This document shows positions 23,490 to 37,496 of a DNA stretch of 64,000 nt, in pieces (position 1 is the first letter of the stretch; the number at the start of each line of letters is the position of its first letter). The notes under the pieces are model-generated. The model worked only from the letters and a program-made list of their open reading frames with translations, ran no database searches and was not told the DNA's origin. A program made the position numbers and the translations under genes. The stretch is from positions 112,778,001 to 112,842,000 of the forward strand of contig NC_043002.1 in the NCBI RefSeq assembly GCF_006345805.1, read 5' to 3'. Source of the stretch: Octopus sinensis (Eukaryota).

Positions 23490-23892
23490 CTACAAATTCT
23501 ACAATGTTTTCTTTAATGGCAGTTGCAGGACCTCTAGGCCTTGGGTCATCTTCAAGACTCCCCCTTCCCCTCCTAAATTCAGCTGCTCATCTTTGCACTG
23601 TTGATAAAGTTGGACCATCATCACCTACTGTAGCAACCATGTCAGCATGAATGTCCTTGGGGGCTGAACTATTTTTCTGTAAGTACTTAATAACAGCACG
23701 ATGCCAAGTTACGTCCAATTACAAGAGAAGTCACTACTAGTTACTTTTGAAATCTCTTTTGAACCGTGAGATGTCACTTTACCTGGAAAGAAAGAATGCA
23801 GTTATTAATAAAAAGGGTTGAAATTAATGCCTGCAAGATTTCACAGTTCCCGCATCACTCCTCATAGCCATGAACTTTTCAGTCCACACTCG
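23490..23892 (-). pseudogene. 5' fragment of a mariner transposon
   Basis: TIR (TA)CGAGTGTGGACTGAAAAGTTCATGG at 23892; WHRAVIKYLQK..PKDIHADMVATVGDD.PTLSTVQRWAAEFRRGRGSLEDDPR (paired-like HTH). Confidence 0.8.
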
Positions 23893-24435
23893 TATCTCTC
23901 AACAAATCGCTCTACACTGTTGCTAATAGGTCCTATAAAGTGATATAGCTTTATCGGAATAAACAGCTAGAGCATTGTATACTTAGGTGTTTCTCCAGCT
24001 TTCAATATTGAGTTGAACTTCTCTCATTGGAGAGATTGTGTTCCTCCCAGCTCATTTGCTCTAAAAACCATGCATCTTCTGCAAGCACGACAGATATGTT
24101 GCCAATTACACCAAATTAACTTTCCGTTTCTCTTTCATCAAGTTAGACACTTTAATTTTATAAGCGAATAAGTTGTTTTGTATTTTTTTCTTTTCATCTA
24201 AGGGGTTTTTAACCCAGTATATGACAAACTATTATTTAAACTGCCATTCTCCCCGAGATGCACTGTTAAATGACTTATTTCCATATTTCTTATGTTTCTA
24301 CATTAATTCTCCCACCTCTCTTTCTTCTCCCCGACACAGACTCACAGTCACTCGCACACATACACACACACACACATACTGGTAGATAAATAGACAGATT
24401 GACAGGTAAATAGCTGGAGAGATAGATAGAGATAT

Positions 24436-24436
24436 T

Positions 24437-24468
<32 letters not shown>

Positions 24469-24478
24469 CATGTATGTG

Positions 24479-24553
<75 letters not shown>

Positions 24554-24616
24554 GTGTCAATTTACCCTGTACATATATATATATATATATCTATATATAT
24601 ACACACACATATATAT
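24436..24616. repeat. (TG)n/(TA)n microsatellite
   Basis: Direct reading. Confidence 0.95.
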
Positions 24617-24617
24617 A

Positions 24618-25436
24618 CAGGGGAAATTGATGCCTTTATATATTTTTATTTCTTGCATGCGCATTGTTTGTATTTGATTTTGTCGACTACACAGCATAGT
24701 AGGGTCAGTTGGGCACCGTCTGTGAAAAAAACAGCACCATGATGCAATTCACACTGCCAGAAAATTGGAAACAACATGCTGTACTGCTTGGCATGTGCGC
24801 CGGAAGTTCTAGTACGAATATTTCAGAGTGTTTGGGTGTCAATCAGAGTACTGTGCTAGCCGAGGACATGTACTGAGAGTGATAAAAATCAAACATCCAG
24901 TCAACATCATGGTGTTTGGAGTGATCACTAGTGATGACGACGTTATGCCTCCATCTTCCTACACAGCCTCGGACTCAATACAAAGGCTTACATCAAGTGC
25001 CTGGAGGAGGTAGTGCTGCCCTGGGTCAAGAGGGTGGCTGCAGGAAGACCCTATGTCTGGCAACAGGATTCTGCACCATGCTACACAAGCAGGAGAACCC
25101 TAACATCTGACCACTTAACTCCCCAGAGTGCAATCCCCTTGATTTATTATGTGTGAGGCGCAGTTGAGCAAGAGACCAACAAAACTCCTTGTAACAACAA
25201 AGATGTACTGAAGTCAAGGATTATGGCAGCATTCACCAAAGGTGACCGTCCAGCGGGAGATTCCGAAGTCATGTGGAGGCCGTGGTTGAAGCCAATAGCG
25301 ATATTATTGAATAAATTTACTCAGTAATATGGCAAGATATTTTTATGTAATTTTGGTGAATATATCTGTTAGAATGAGGTGTCAGTGTTACTTTCGTTTT
25401 GCGTAATTTAGAAGAAAGTTTATTCACCGCATCCTG
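24618..25436 (+). pseudogene. Internally deleted Tc1/mariner-superfamily element, DD37D (maT)-like
   Basis: KHPVNIMVFGVITSD, YIKCLEEVVLPWVKRVAAGRPYVWQQDSAPC, ..SP.CNPLD; ends TA|CAGG and CCTG|TA. The D-D spacing cannot be counted because of deletions. Confidence 0.75.
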
Positions 25437-25448
25437 TATATATGTAAT

Positions 25449-25465
25449 ATGAATCAATCACTCTT

Positions 25466-25497
<32 letters not shown>

Positions 25498-25760
25498 TCT
25501 CTCCTCTCTATGTATATATATATATATATATATATTTTTTTTATTTATATATTTATATATATATATATTTATATATATTATATTATGTATATATATGCAT
25601 GTATGTAAGTATGTATGTATGTATGTATGTATGTATGTATGTATGTATGTATGTATGTATGTATGTATGTATGTATGGTAATTGCCACTTCTTTACAGAG
25701 AGTCATCTCTTCAACTACTACCACCACCACCACCACCACCACCAGCATCACCGTCGCGTC
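25449..25760. repeat. Compound (CT)n-(TA)n-(TATG)n-(ACC)n microsatellites
   Basis: Direct reading. Confidence 0.9.
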
Positions 25761-26285
25761 CGCTTCTATCACAACTACAGCTCATAATATTACTATCACC
25801 CATTACCATCACAACCGTCAATCTACTACCGTCTATATACCTACTATTACTCTCACCCTAACATGAGCAATGGTAGGAGTGTCAATGAATAGTGAGAGAA
25901 GGGGTCGAAGTGTGACACACTGATACACAGAAACTAATTTTCGCATTTATTATATTAGATGATATACCTAACTAATATCAGGTGACCCTCCAGTCTACTG
26001 CTGTGCACCGTTGGGGACCGAGTTCTCTCGATACTCTACACACTCGATACTCTACACACAGATACAACAGGTTACACGGCTCACTACATTTCACTAATGA
26101 AACCATGTGACATGTACCCTTAATAAAAGCTTTGTGATAAAGTTTCCTCCTACATCCTCCTCTCCATCTGATATATTCTATTAATAACTTTTGCCTTTGT
26201 ATTAATGTGGTAAATAATTCAGTTTATTGTGTTGGAGAGTGTCCTGTTTCGATCTGTTAAACTGGTAACCATACAATGATGCCAT

Positions 26286-26289
26286 ATAT

Positions 26290-26333
<44 letters not shown>

Positions 26334-26695
26334 ATAATATATATACATATACATATATACATATTATATACATAATTATATACATAATTATAACATATAT
26401 ATACATATATATAATTATACATAATTATAACATATAAATAAGTATATATATATATACTACATTTATATATATATTGATATATATATATATATGGATATAT
26501 ATATTATATATATTATATATATTATATATATATATATATATAAATTATATATATATATATATATAAATTATATATATATATATATTATAATATATATAAA
26601 TTATATATATATATATATAAATTATATATATATATTATATATAAATTATATATATATATATATATTATATAAATTATATATATATATATATATAT

Positions 26696-26779
<84 letters not shown>

Positions 26780-26840
26780 TAATAATAAAATATTAGGGAA
26801 TAAATCCAAACTTACTATAAAATAATATATATAATATATT
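26286..26840. repeat. Near-pure A/T low-complexity tract, (TA)n with TAAATTA interruptions
   Basis: Direct reading. Confidence 0.9.
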
Positions 26841-27349
26841 TGTTCATTTGCTTTTTTGTTTTATTTTTTATTTTTTACTTATTTATATATTTATTTATTT
26901 TATAAATCACTTTAGATATTGGATTTGATTCGTACTTGATCGTCTCTAACGGATTCGTGCTCAACAACAGCTCAGTCCGATCGAAAGCGCAACTCGCCAC
27001 CCCCTATCCACCCGGCTATCACCATCACCGTTACCATCATCACTGCTACTAGCAGTGACTCCGCCAAGCAAACCACCATTACCAGCCTCCCCACCACCAC
27101 CACCACCTCCACCATTACTATGTATCATTATCGACGTTGTTGTGCACAGCAACCACGAGGTGCGTAAACCCATTATGGGACCACCAACGCCACCACTATC
27201 ACCATCACTATCACTACTGCCACCACCACTACCACCACCAGTACCCCAGCAACAGCAGTGACAGTCAAAAGCCCTACTATAGCCAGGATCCCCACCACAA
27301 CATCGACTGCAATTGTCATCAGTATTGCCAATTTCATTGTCACTACTTT

Positions 27350-27607
27350 ACTCAGAACGTAACGGCAGACGAAATACCTATTTCTTTACTACCCACAAGG
27401 GGCTAAACACAGAGGGGACAAACAAGGACAGACAAACGGATTAAGTCGATTATATCGACCCCAGTGCGTAACTGGTACTTAATTTATCGACCCCGAAAGG
27501 ATGAAAGGTAAAGTCAACCTCGGCGGAATTTGAACTCAGAACGTAACGCAGACGAAATACCGCTAAGCTTTATGCCCGGTGTGCTAACGGTTCTGCCAGC
27601 TCGCCGC
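27350..27607 (-). mobile_element. SINE family 2 (tail A) followed by a 29-nt repeat of its own head
   Basis: On the minus strand the tail ..GTAAAGAAATA is followed by GGTATTTCGTCTGCCGTTACGTTCTGAGT. Confidence 0.85.
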
Positions 27608-27690
27608 CTGATTCTGACGTTGATAATGATGCTGATATTAGCGATATTTGTCGCTATGATAGTTACTATAGTGATAGTTACTATAGAGTC

Positions 27691-28322
27691 TGAGGAGGAG
27701 GAGGAGGAGGAGGAGGAGGAGGAGGAAGAGGACGACGACGAGGAGGAGGAAGAAAAAGAAGGGAACGGGGGACGGGGGATGAGGAGGACGAGGGGAGAAG
27801 AAGAAGAAGAAGCAGAAGAAGCAGAAGAAGAAGAAGTAGAAGGGTGAGGAGGAGGGGAGAAGAAGAAGTAGAAGGGTGAGGAGGAGGGGAGAAGAAGGAG
27901 GAGGAGGAGGAGAAGAAGAAGAAGAAGAAGAAGAAGAAGAAGAAAGGGGAGGGGGATGAGGTGAAAAGAAGGGGAAGAAGAAGAAGAAGAAGAAGAAGAA
28001 GAAGGAGAAGAAGTAGAAGAAGAAGAAGAAGAAGCAGAAGAAGCAGAAGAAGTAGAAGGAGAAGAAGAGGGAGGAGAGGGGAGAAAAAGAAGAAGGAGAA
28101 AAAGAAGAATAAGAATAATAAGAAGGGGGAGGATGAGGTGAGAAGAAGAAGAAGAAGAAGAAGAAGGGGGGACGAGGTGAGAAAAAGAAGAAGAAATGGG
28201 AGGGGGATGAGGTGAGAAGAAGAAGAAGACGAAGAAGAAGACGAAGAAGAAGACGAAGAAGAAGAAGAAGAAGAAGAAGAAGAAGAAGAAGAAGAAGAAG
28301 AAGAAGAAGAAGAAGAAGAAGA
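27691..28322 (+). repeat. ~630-bp polypurine (GAG)n/(GAA)n tract
   Basis: Direct reading. Confidence 0.95.
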
Positions 28323-28705
28323 CACAATAGCAACAATAACAGTAGCAGCAGCAGCATCAATAACAACAACAACAACAGCAAGCACCACTATCCAAGAACT
28401 ATTCCCCGAAATCACCACTTTCCTTATTGAGCCGTGGCACAGTCTCTATATGCCCGCTCGACCTGCTAAAATAGCAGCTAATTTCCACCGCGTCACAGGA
28501 ATCAACGAGCGGGAATTTTGATGCTGTTCAATCACAGCTTTGCTCAATCAAGGCTGAACGGGAACGAAAAAATGTCAACAGCAATTACGTCACAAACTCT
28601 ATAGTAACTATCACTATAGTAACTATCACTATAGTTACTATCACTATAGTTACTATCATAGCGACAAATATAACTAATATTAGCATCATTATCAATGTCA
28701 GAATC

Positions 28706-29283
28706 AGGCGGCGAGCTGACAGAACCGTTAGCACACCGGGCATAAAGCTTAGCGGTATTTCGTCTGCCGTTACGTTCTGAGTTCAAATTCCGCCGAGGTC
28801 GACTTTGCCTTCATCCTTTCGGGGTCGATAAATTAAGTACCAGTTAAGCACTGGGGTCGATATAATCGACTTAATACCTATGTCTGTCCTTGTTTGTCTC
28901 GTCTGTGTTTAGCCCATTGTGGGTAGTAAAGAAATAGGTATTTCGTCTGTCTTCCCGTTCTGAGTTCAAATTTCGCCGAGGAGCTTTGCTTTCATCCTTT
29001 CGGGGTCGATAAATTAAGTACCAGTTACGCACTGGGGTCGATATAATCGACTTTATCCTTTTGTCTGTCCTTGTTTGTCTCGTCTGTGTTTAGCCCATTG
29101 TAGGTAGTAAAGAAATAGGTATTTCATCTGTCTTCCCGTTCTGAGTTCAAATTTCGCCGAGGAGCTTTGCTGTCATCCTTTCGGGGTCGATAAATTAAGT
29201 ACCAATTGCGTACTGGGTCGATCTAATCGTCTGGCCCCCTCCCCAAAAATTTTGGGCCTTGTGCCTAAAGTAGAAAAGATTAG
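28706..29283 (+). mobile_element. SINE family 2 trimer (tail A, tail A, tail B)
   Basis: One head then three bodies; units 2 and 3 restart at GGTATTTC; 13-bp TSD CAATGTCAGAATC at 28693-28705 and 29284-29296. Confidence 0.85.
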
Positions 29284-29496
29284 CAATGTCAGAATCTAAC
29301 ATAGTGTTTCTCAACGATCTTTTACCGATGGACTCCTTTGATCCTCCAAGCCATCCAATTAGACTTTTATAATTAAACAATATTTGGAATTGTATAAAAA
29401 TAATTATCAAAATATTTTGTGTATTGTAAAAGCATAACCAACTTATTCCAAATAATTTTTATCAACAAAATCTTAAATGGACCCCCTTGGGGCCTA

Positions 29497-29851
29497 AAGT
29501 AGAAGACACTCGCTGAAGGTGCCACGCACTGAATCTGAACCCAGAACCATATGGTTGGTAACCAAATTTTTTACCAAGCACACACGTACACACACACACA
29601 CACACACACACTCACGCACATACCCACACATAAACATGTATGTGTTTGTGTGTGTATATATATGTTTCTTTATTACTCACAAGGGGCTAAACATAGAGGA
29701 GACAAACAAGGACAGACAAACGGATTAAGTAGATTGGTACTTAATTTTATCGACCCCTAAAGGATGAAAGGCAAAGCCGACCTCAGAACGTAACGGCAGA
29801 CGAAATACGGCTACGCATTTCGCCCGGTGTGCTAACGGTTCTGCCAGCTCG
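29497..29851 (-). repeat. SINE1 head fragment + CA repeat + SINE2 (tail A); duplicated at 31199-31566
   Basis: Both copies share private variants (ACTGAATCTGAACCC, ACCCCTAAAGG, GACCTCAGAACG deletion). Confidence 0.85.
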
Positions 29852-29867
29852 GTTGAGAAACACTTTC

Positions 29868-30274
29868 TTTCTTTCTTTTTCTCTCTCTTTTACTTCTTTC
29901 AGTCATTTGACTGCGGCCATGCAGGAGCAACGCCTTTAGTCGAGCTAATCGACTCCAGGACTTTATTCTTTGTACGCAAGCCTAGTACTTATACTATCAG
30001 TCTCTTTTGCCGAACCGCTAAGTTACAGGGACGTAAACATACCGCCATCGGTTGTCAAGCGATGTTGGGGGACAAACACAGGCACACAAACATACACATA
30101 TATATGTATACATATATACGACGGGCTTCTTTCAGTTTCCGTCTACCAAGTCCACTCACAAGGCTTTGGTCGAACCGTGGCTATAGTAGAAGACACTTGC
30201 CCACTTGCAGTGGGAATGAGCCCGGAACCATGTGGTTGGTAAGCAAGCTACTTACCACACAGCCACTCCTGCCC
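29868..30274 (-). mobile_element. SINE family 1
   Basis: Full, moderately diverged copy. Confidence 0.85.
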
Positions 30275-30716
30275 CTACGATCCTTGTGCAGGACTTATAA
30301 ATCCTTATAAAAAGGCCTACTAAATAACCAAATTGGGAAGATTTTTTATAGCCAATACTTTGCTCATACAACCGCGCTGGGAAACGTGAAAAGAAATGCT
30401 TCTTTAACTGGACAGTATGCAGCCCATCTTCTGTAATATCCTCGGTTGATGAAGGCAGGCAAAACAGGGAATAAGAAAGATCATTAGTGAGTGGAATTTA
30501 GTAGACGGAAACTGTGTGGAAACCCGTTGTTTACTTCTGTGAGTGTGTCTGTGTGTCTGCATGCGTGTGTGTGCGTATGCGTATGTATGTGTGTGCATGT
30601 GTGCGTGTGTGTGAGCCTAATTATGCTTTTCTTTCTGTTTTTCTCCCTCTCCCCTTTCTCTTTCTCTTACCCTTTCTTTCTCCTCCCCTGTATGATATAT
30701 ATTCTTTTATGCTTTT

Positions 30717-31190
30717 ATTCTTGTACTTGTTTTAGTCATTTAGTCGGCGAAAATTTTGGGGCACCGCCTTGAAGAATTTAAGTCGGGTGGATGGAACACG
30801 GTAATAATTTTTATTTATTTATTCATTTTAAAGCCAGGTACTTATTCTATCAGGCGCTATTGCCGAACCGCTAGGTTACCGGGAGGTGAACACACCAAAA
30901 CTGGTTGTCAAGTGGTGGTGGGACACACACACACACACACACACATACACACACACACACACAGATACACACACAGACGTACATACATACATATATACAT
31001 ACATACATACATACATACATACATACATACATTTATACATACATATCTGCATACATGCATACATACATACATATATACATATATACATACATATATGCAT
31101 ACATACATGCATACGTATTCTACTCTCTAGTGATCTTCCTTATTCTTACAGTTTCCGTTTACCAAAACCAGGCATAAGGCTTTAGTCTAC
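30717..31190 (-). mobile_element. Old SINE family 1 copy with expanded CA/TACA internal repeat
   Basis: Tail and middle modules recognisable. Confidence 0.7.
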
Positions 31191-31198
31191 CCGAGTCT

Positions 31199-32100
<902 letters not shown>

Positions 32101-32116
32101 TTAAACAAACTCAAGT

Positions 32117-32499
32117 CTCTTTTACCTGTTTCAGTCATTAGACTGTGGCCATGCTAGAGCACCGCCTTTAGTCGAGCAAATCGACCCCGGGACTTATTCT
32201 TTGTAAGCCCAATACTTATTCTATCAGTCTCTTTTGCCGAACCGCTAGGTGACGGGGATGTAAACACACCAGTATCGGTTGTCAAGCAATGCTAGGGGGA
32301 CAAACACACACACATATATATATATATACATATATATGACAGGCTTCTTTCAGTTTCCGCCTACCAAATCCACTCACAAGGCATTGGTCGGCCCGGGGCT
32401 ATAGCAGAAGACAATTGCCCAAGATGCCACGCAGTGGGACTGAACCCGGAACCATGTGGTTGGTTAGCAAGCTACTTACCACACAGCCACTCCTGCACC
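32117..32499 (-). mobile_element. SINE family 1
   Basis: Full copy, tail-to-tail with the previous one across a ~16-bp spacer. Confidence 0.9.
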
Positions 32500-33384
32500 C
32501 ATAGTCATGTGAATATTCCGAAACTCCTCTCCTTGACCACACAAAAAATGCTTTTTCACCACAAATTACGATATAATCGCTATCTACATCATCTGAATTG
32601 TATTTGTAGAAAATTTCATTTAAAAATATCGATTTTTTCTGAAAGTTATGAGGCAAAAAGGTCGGAGACGAGCGGCACACAGGTGAGGAGTGCCAAAAAG
32701 CCGGCCATAAATTCATTGAAACACTCTCTGAAAATTACAGGTAACAAGTAATCCCGCTTGCATTATACCAGAACGTGACCAGGAAATTATCCGTAAACAT
32801 TTTTGTATAGGGAAAAATAACCCTTGGAGATTTCGCTGTGAAGGAGGTATACAAGCAGACTGTAAAACCAAGGGGTTAGTTCTGAAAAGTTCCTGGTTTT
32901 GGGCGAAAGAAAATACAGGAGGATCAGTGAATTATGATTTTATTCAACATAGGCGCAGGAGTGGCTGTGTGCGGGTTCAGTTCCACTGCGTGGCACCTTG
33001 GGCAAGTGTCTTCTAGGATCTTTTCTTTTTGAAAGCCAGATTTTCCTAGTTAACTAAACAATTTGAAACTTCGTATACTGGTAGAATGTGTCAAAAGAAA
33101 ACATAATTGTAAACCAAAATAAAAACGGAATTGTAATTTCTAAGTTTAACGTTGTTTAAAAATTCGAATTTTAACCAATGATATTCTTTCTTTCGACCTC
33201 ATATTATTTACTGCTTCTCAAAATATTGTTACTGTGACGTAAACAGCTATTTTGTGACGTAGTTAACGTAAACAAGTAAATAGCTAACTAAAATGTAAAC
33301 ATCTCCGCTTATCATAAACTTCGTGGAGTATATATAAAATTTGTGTAGATCCTAAATAGCTACACACACATGTATACAAACATA

Positions 33385-33425
<41 letters not shown>

Positions 33426-33501
33426 CTATACACACATATTCTAATGCATATGCATATATGTGTATATATTTATAATGTGTGTGTATTATAGATGCATACA
33501 T

Positions 33502-33535
<34 letters not shown>

Positions 33536-34109
33536 GTTTACATACAATATATATATGTTATATACATCTACATGTATATGTATGTATGAATATATAAGAA
33601 CCACAGAATTTGAATCAAACTGTTTTGATCCATACATACACCCACACCCACACACACACACCAACACTACCATCCATGAGACATCCTAACATACTCAATG
33701 CTACTACTACTACTATCATCATCATTATCATCATCATCCACTGCCGCCACCACCACCTCTACAAAAACACCAACACTATAATTGCTGCCATCATACACAT
33801 CCACTGTCACCACTACCACCACTGCCATGATAACGACATCTACCACAGCTGTTGGCTTACTGCTTACCCACTCACAAAATAGCTATCTACGTCACATTAA
33901 CACTATGCAGCTAATAATTTCAAATGAAAACAGACAATACAATTGGTTAAGGATAGAATAAGTACTGGGCTTACAAAAAAGAATAAGTCCCGGGGTCGAG
34001 TTGCTCGATTAAAGGCGATGCTCCAGCATGGCCGCGGTCAAGAGTAACATTAAAAGTAAAATGTGTTTTATATGACACATTAGGATAAAATCTGCCTTTT
34101 ATAATAAGA

Positions 34110-34152
<43 letters not shown>

Positions 34153-34544
34153 TATATATATACCGCTTGGATCGCTTTCAATGCCACTACGTCCCGTCCG
34201 ATTCGCTCCAAAATTTACAGGGACATGTAGAAATAGGTGACGAAGCTCGTGGGCTACCTTAGAAATCCCTATCTTAAAAGGTGTGGTTGCTAGGGGGCCA
34301 TCTTCCTCACTCACGCTATTTCCTCCAGTACCCTCTCACTCCCCTTTATGTATAACTTTGATAGTTCCACTACCGTTATTTAATGTATCTGTCACTCTCG
34401 CTATTTCCTCTCTTTTTCACTCACTCTGTTTCTTACCTTCCCATTACATCGACGTTCTTTTACGTATCTGTCTGTCACCAACAACACACGAGCATGAGAA
34501 CAAATATTATGAATCAGATATTCTTGCGTTCATTTATATGTATG

Positions 34545-34712
34545 TGTGTGTTCTATATATAAATATGTATATATAATGTATGTGTGTGTGTGTGTTCTAT
34601 ATATGAATATGTATATATAATGTATGTGTGTGTGTGTTCTATATGTAAATATGTATATATAATGTATGTGTGTGTGTTCTATATATAAATATGTATATAT
34701 AATGTATATATA
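34545..34712. repeat. ~34-38 bp minisatellite (GTGTGTTCTATATATAAATATGTATATATAATGTAT) x ~5
   Basis: Direct reading. Confidence 0.85.
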
Positions 34713-36156
34713 CAAAGTGTATATATCTGTAGTTATGTATATTAAACTTTCTCATACTTTTTCATAGTTATATATATTTTTAAACAAATTATAAATATAA
34801 TTTAATAATTTTTATTTTAATTTTAATTTTTCAATTTTATATTTTCTATATTATATTTTTTTTTTATGTTTTTGTTTTTTCACTGTTTGATTTGCCTAAA
34901 AATTCCATTTTTCACTTTTATGATTATACCCAGAGTGCTCTAATCGAATATGAACTGTCTTCCCATTGGCGGACGTTTGTCTTTTTTATTTTTGAAACGA
35001 ACACATTGCCTCTTTCGTTTTAAAACAATAAAACAATACTACCTTAATACATTGGTCCAACAAACAAAACATCACCCACTCTCATTCTTTTATGTATCTG
35101 AGAATGTGTCTGTCTGTCTGTGTGTTTCCCTAAAACTTGAGAACTACACAACCAATTTCATTCAAATTTTACACATGACTTACTTAGGGTATAAGGAGTG
35201 TGTTGAGCTGGGCTCTGGGCGCCATTGGGCTCACTGTCCGCGGCTACGAGACAACAGTGAGCGGCTCGGCTCGGCTCGGCTCGGCTCGGCTCGGCAGAAG
35301 AATCTTAATTACATAGAGAACTATAGCGTGAAGTCAGAATATAAATAAAAAAAAAAACTCTTCCTCAGATGTTGGCAATTTTACTTGCTCCGCATTGCGA
35401 AAAGATGCGTCTTCGTCAAAGCAATTGCTCCCCCAAACCAAATTAGATAGAATTTGAGATACGTGGAACGTCAAAGCTGCTAACAAAATCAGGACAGTCA
35501 AAATTTTCGCTAAGGGCTGTTTAACCCTAACGAGGTGACGTGGTGAACGCTGGAGAAAGAAAGCTTTGTCAAGAGACAGACGGGAGTGCATGAAGGAAAA
35601 GAAAAAGAAATATATTTAGAAATAGATCTATAGTTATTGAGGACAGAATTTCTGTTAGAAATAGAGAACTATGAATATTGAATTATGCATAAAGCTCTGA
35701 CTTATATTCGGGGCTTCCAATTTCTCTGTAAAATATAAGATAGTCGCAAAATCATCGCACATGTCACCATCGATTACAAACGCCGGTGGAAGATAAACGT
35801 TCCAGAGGACATTCTTGTTCTTTCGTTCGTACAAGGATCGTATTATGTTTCGGCTTAAAATAAATTATAGATACAAATATAATGTATAGAAATATATAAA
35901 AACCAGAATAGAAAATAAACGTCTTAGGCATATAAAATGAGATAACATGAGATATCAAGGTGTTATAAACTTGAAACTTACTAGAATATCATAGATTATA
36001 TATATCAAGTCATCCAGTCAGTTCTGTCCAATTTTACCTGTTTTTTAGAGTTGAATGAAATTTAATAGTATTTGCAAATGTCTAATTCAATTAAAAATTA
36101 TTTTTATGCATTTGTGTACGTTTAAACTAATTCAATATTGTTTTACAAAATAATAG

Positions 36157-37467
36157 ACGGTGTCCACAAAATCTGCGTACATGGGAATTAACACATACTT
36201 TTAAAACAAATCAATTTTATTTAATTATAATAAATAATATTTTCAAAGTGATTTCCATCATTTTCAATGCATAACTTGATGCGCCTTGCAAAATTCAGGT
36301 GAACTTGATTAAATAAGTCTACATTGCCATCAATTTAAGCACACTGACTGGTAATGCGTTCTCTCATGTGTTTTAAATCTGTAATCTTTATTGAGTAAAC
36401 TTTCTCTTTCAACATACCACAGAAAAAGAAATCAAGGGGAGAAAGGTCTGGTGAACGAGGGGACCATTCCATATGACCTCTTCTTCCAATCTAGTGAGGA
36501 GGAAAAGTGTCATTAAATCAATCTCTAACAGTTGTGGCAAAATGGGTAGGGGCCCCATCCTGCTGAAACCAATTCGGAAGGTCCTCGCCTAGGCGCTCAA
36601 TTTAAGATATTAATTTGTCTCTCAATATATTTGCATAAGTCTCATCCGTTACATGTTCAATGAAGAAGGGTCCTAGAACATGAGCTTTCCAAAAACCACA
36701 CCACACCATCACTTTTTTGCTGTCTTGCTGTTTGGATAGATCCATCCAATGTGGATTACCTCGAGACCAGTATAGAAGATTCTGTCTGTTGACCTCACCA
36801 TTTACATAAAACGTAGCTTTGTCACTGAACAACACAAAGTTTTTCGTAAAATTGATATTTTCATCCAATTTATTCGTCTATCAGGATCGTCTTAATTTAA
36901 GTGATGCAATATCTGTAGGTTGTATCGATGAAACTTTTCCTCAACCAGCATTTTGTGGATGGTTGGTTTTGGAACACCTAACACCGTAGATGTCCGACGA
37001 AGTGATTTTTGGGGGCTAGCTAGCAGAAACTTTAGCCTCGACAGCCTCTTTAGTTTCATCTGAAGTCTTTGGTCGCCCGGAACGGGGTTTATCCGAAACA
37101 CTGCCTGTTTCCTTAAATTTCTTGATCAATTTCCTGACGGCAGTAAAATAAATAGGTTGCCTACAAGGGTGTGGAAGATTAAATTCTTCCGCAATTTTGC
37201 GATAAGACCATCCCTCTCGTCCACTTAATAATACTAACTCGATTCTTTCTTCTTTAGACAGATTCATCATTCGATCTGGGATTCTTTCTTCTTTAGACAG
37301 AGCCATCATTCGATCATCTGTAGAAAAAAATAACAAGTAAATTTAGAAAAGTAAAGTATTTTTTAAATTTAATTTAAACATAAGTAAAAAAGGAAAATTA
37401 TTATTTGTTATATTTATTTGTTTATGTTATGATTTTATTCCATAAACCCAGACTTCGTGGACACCCT
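36157..37467 (-). pseudogene. DD41D (rosa-type) Tc1/mariner-superfamily element
   Basis: TIR GGTGTCCAC.AA.TCTG.GT..ATGG at both ends; FSDKATF..NG.VNRQN..YW..NP, KKVMVWCG, QQDGAPTH...WSPRSPDLSPLDF with 41 residues between the 2nd and 3rd D; stops and frameshifts; ~39-bp duplication at the ORF start. Confidence 0.85.
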
Positions 37468-37496
37468 AAAATTGCTTTGATTAAAACCCTTTCAAC

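Noticed and set aside
17147-29125. GGTA following SINE tail A as evidence of the same target motif as the LINE
   Set aside because: The LINE target carries GGTA in the opposite orientation and at the other end of the TSD, and other tail-A copies are followed by TA repeats.
32500-35210. Several fragments resembling Helentron/DINE-like or mariner ends (32.5, 32.9, 34.2 and 35.1 kb)
   Set aside because: They are too degraded to assign termini or family by eye.
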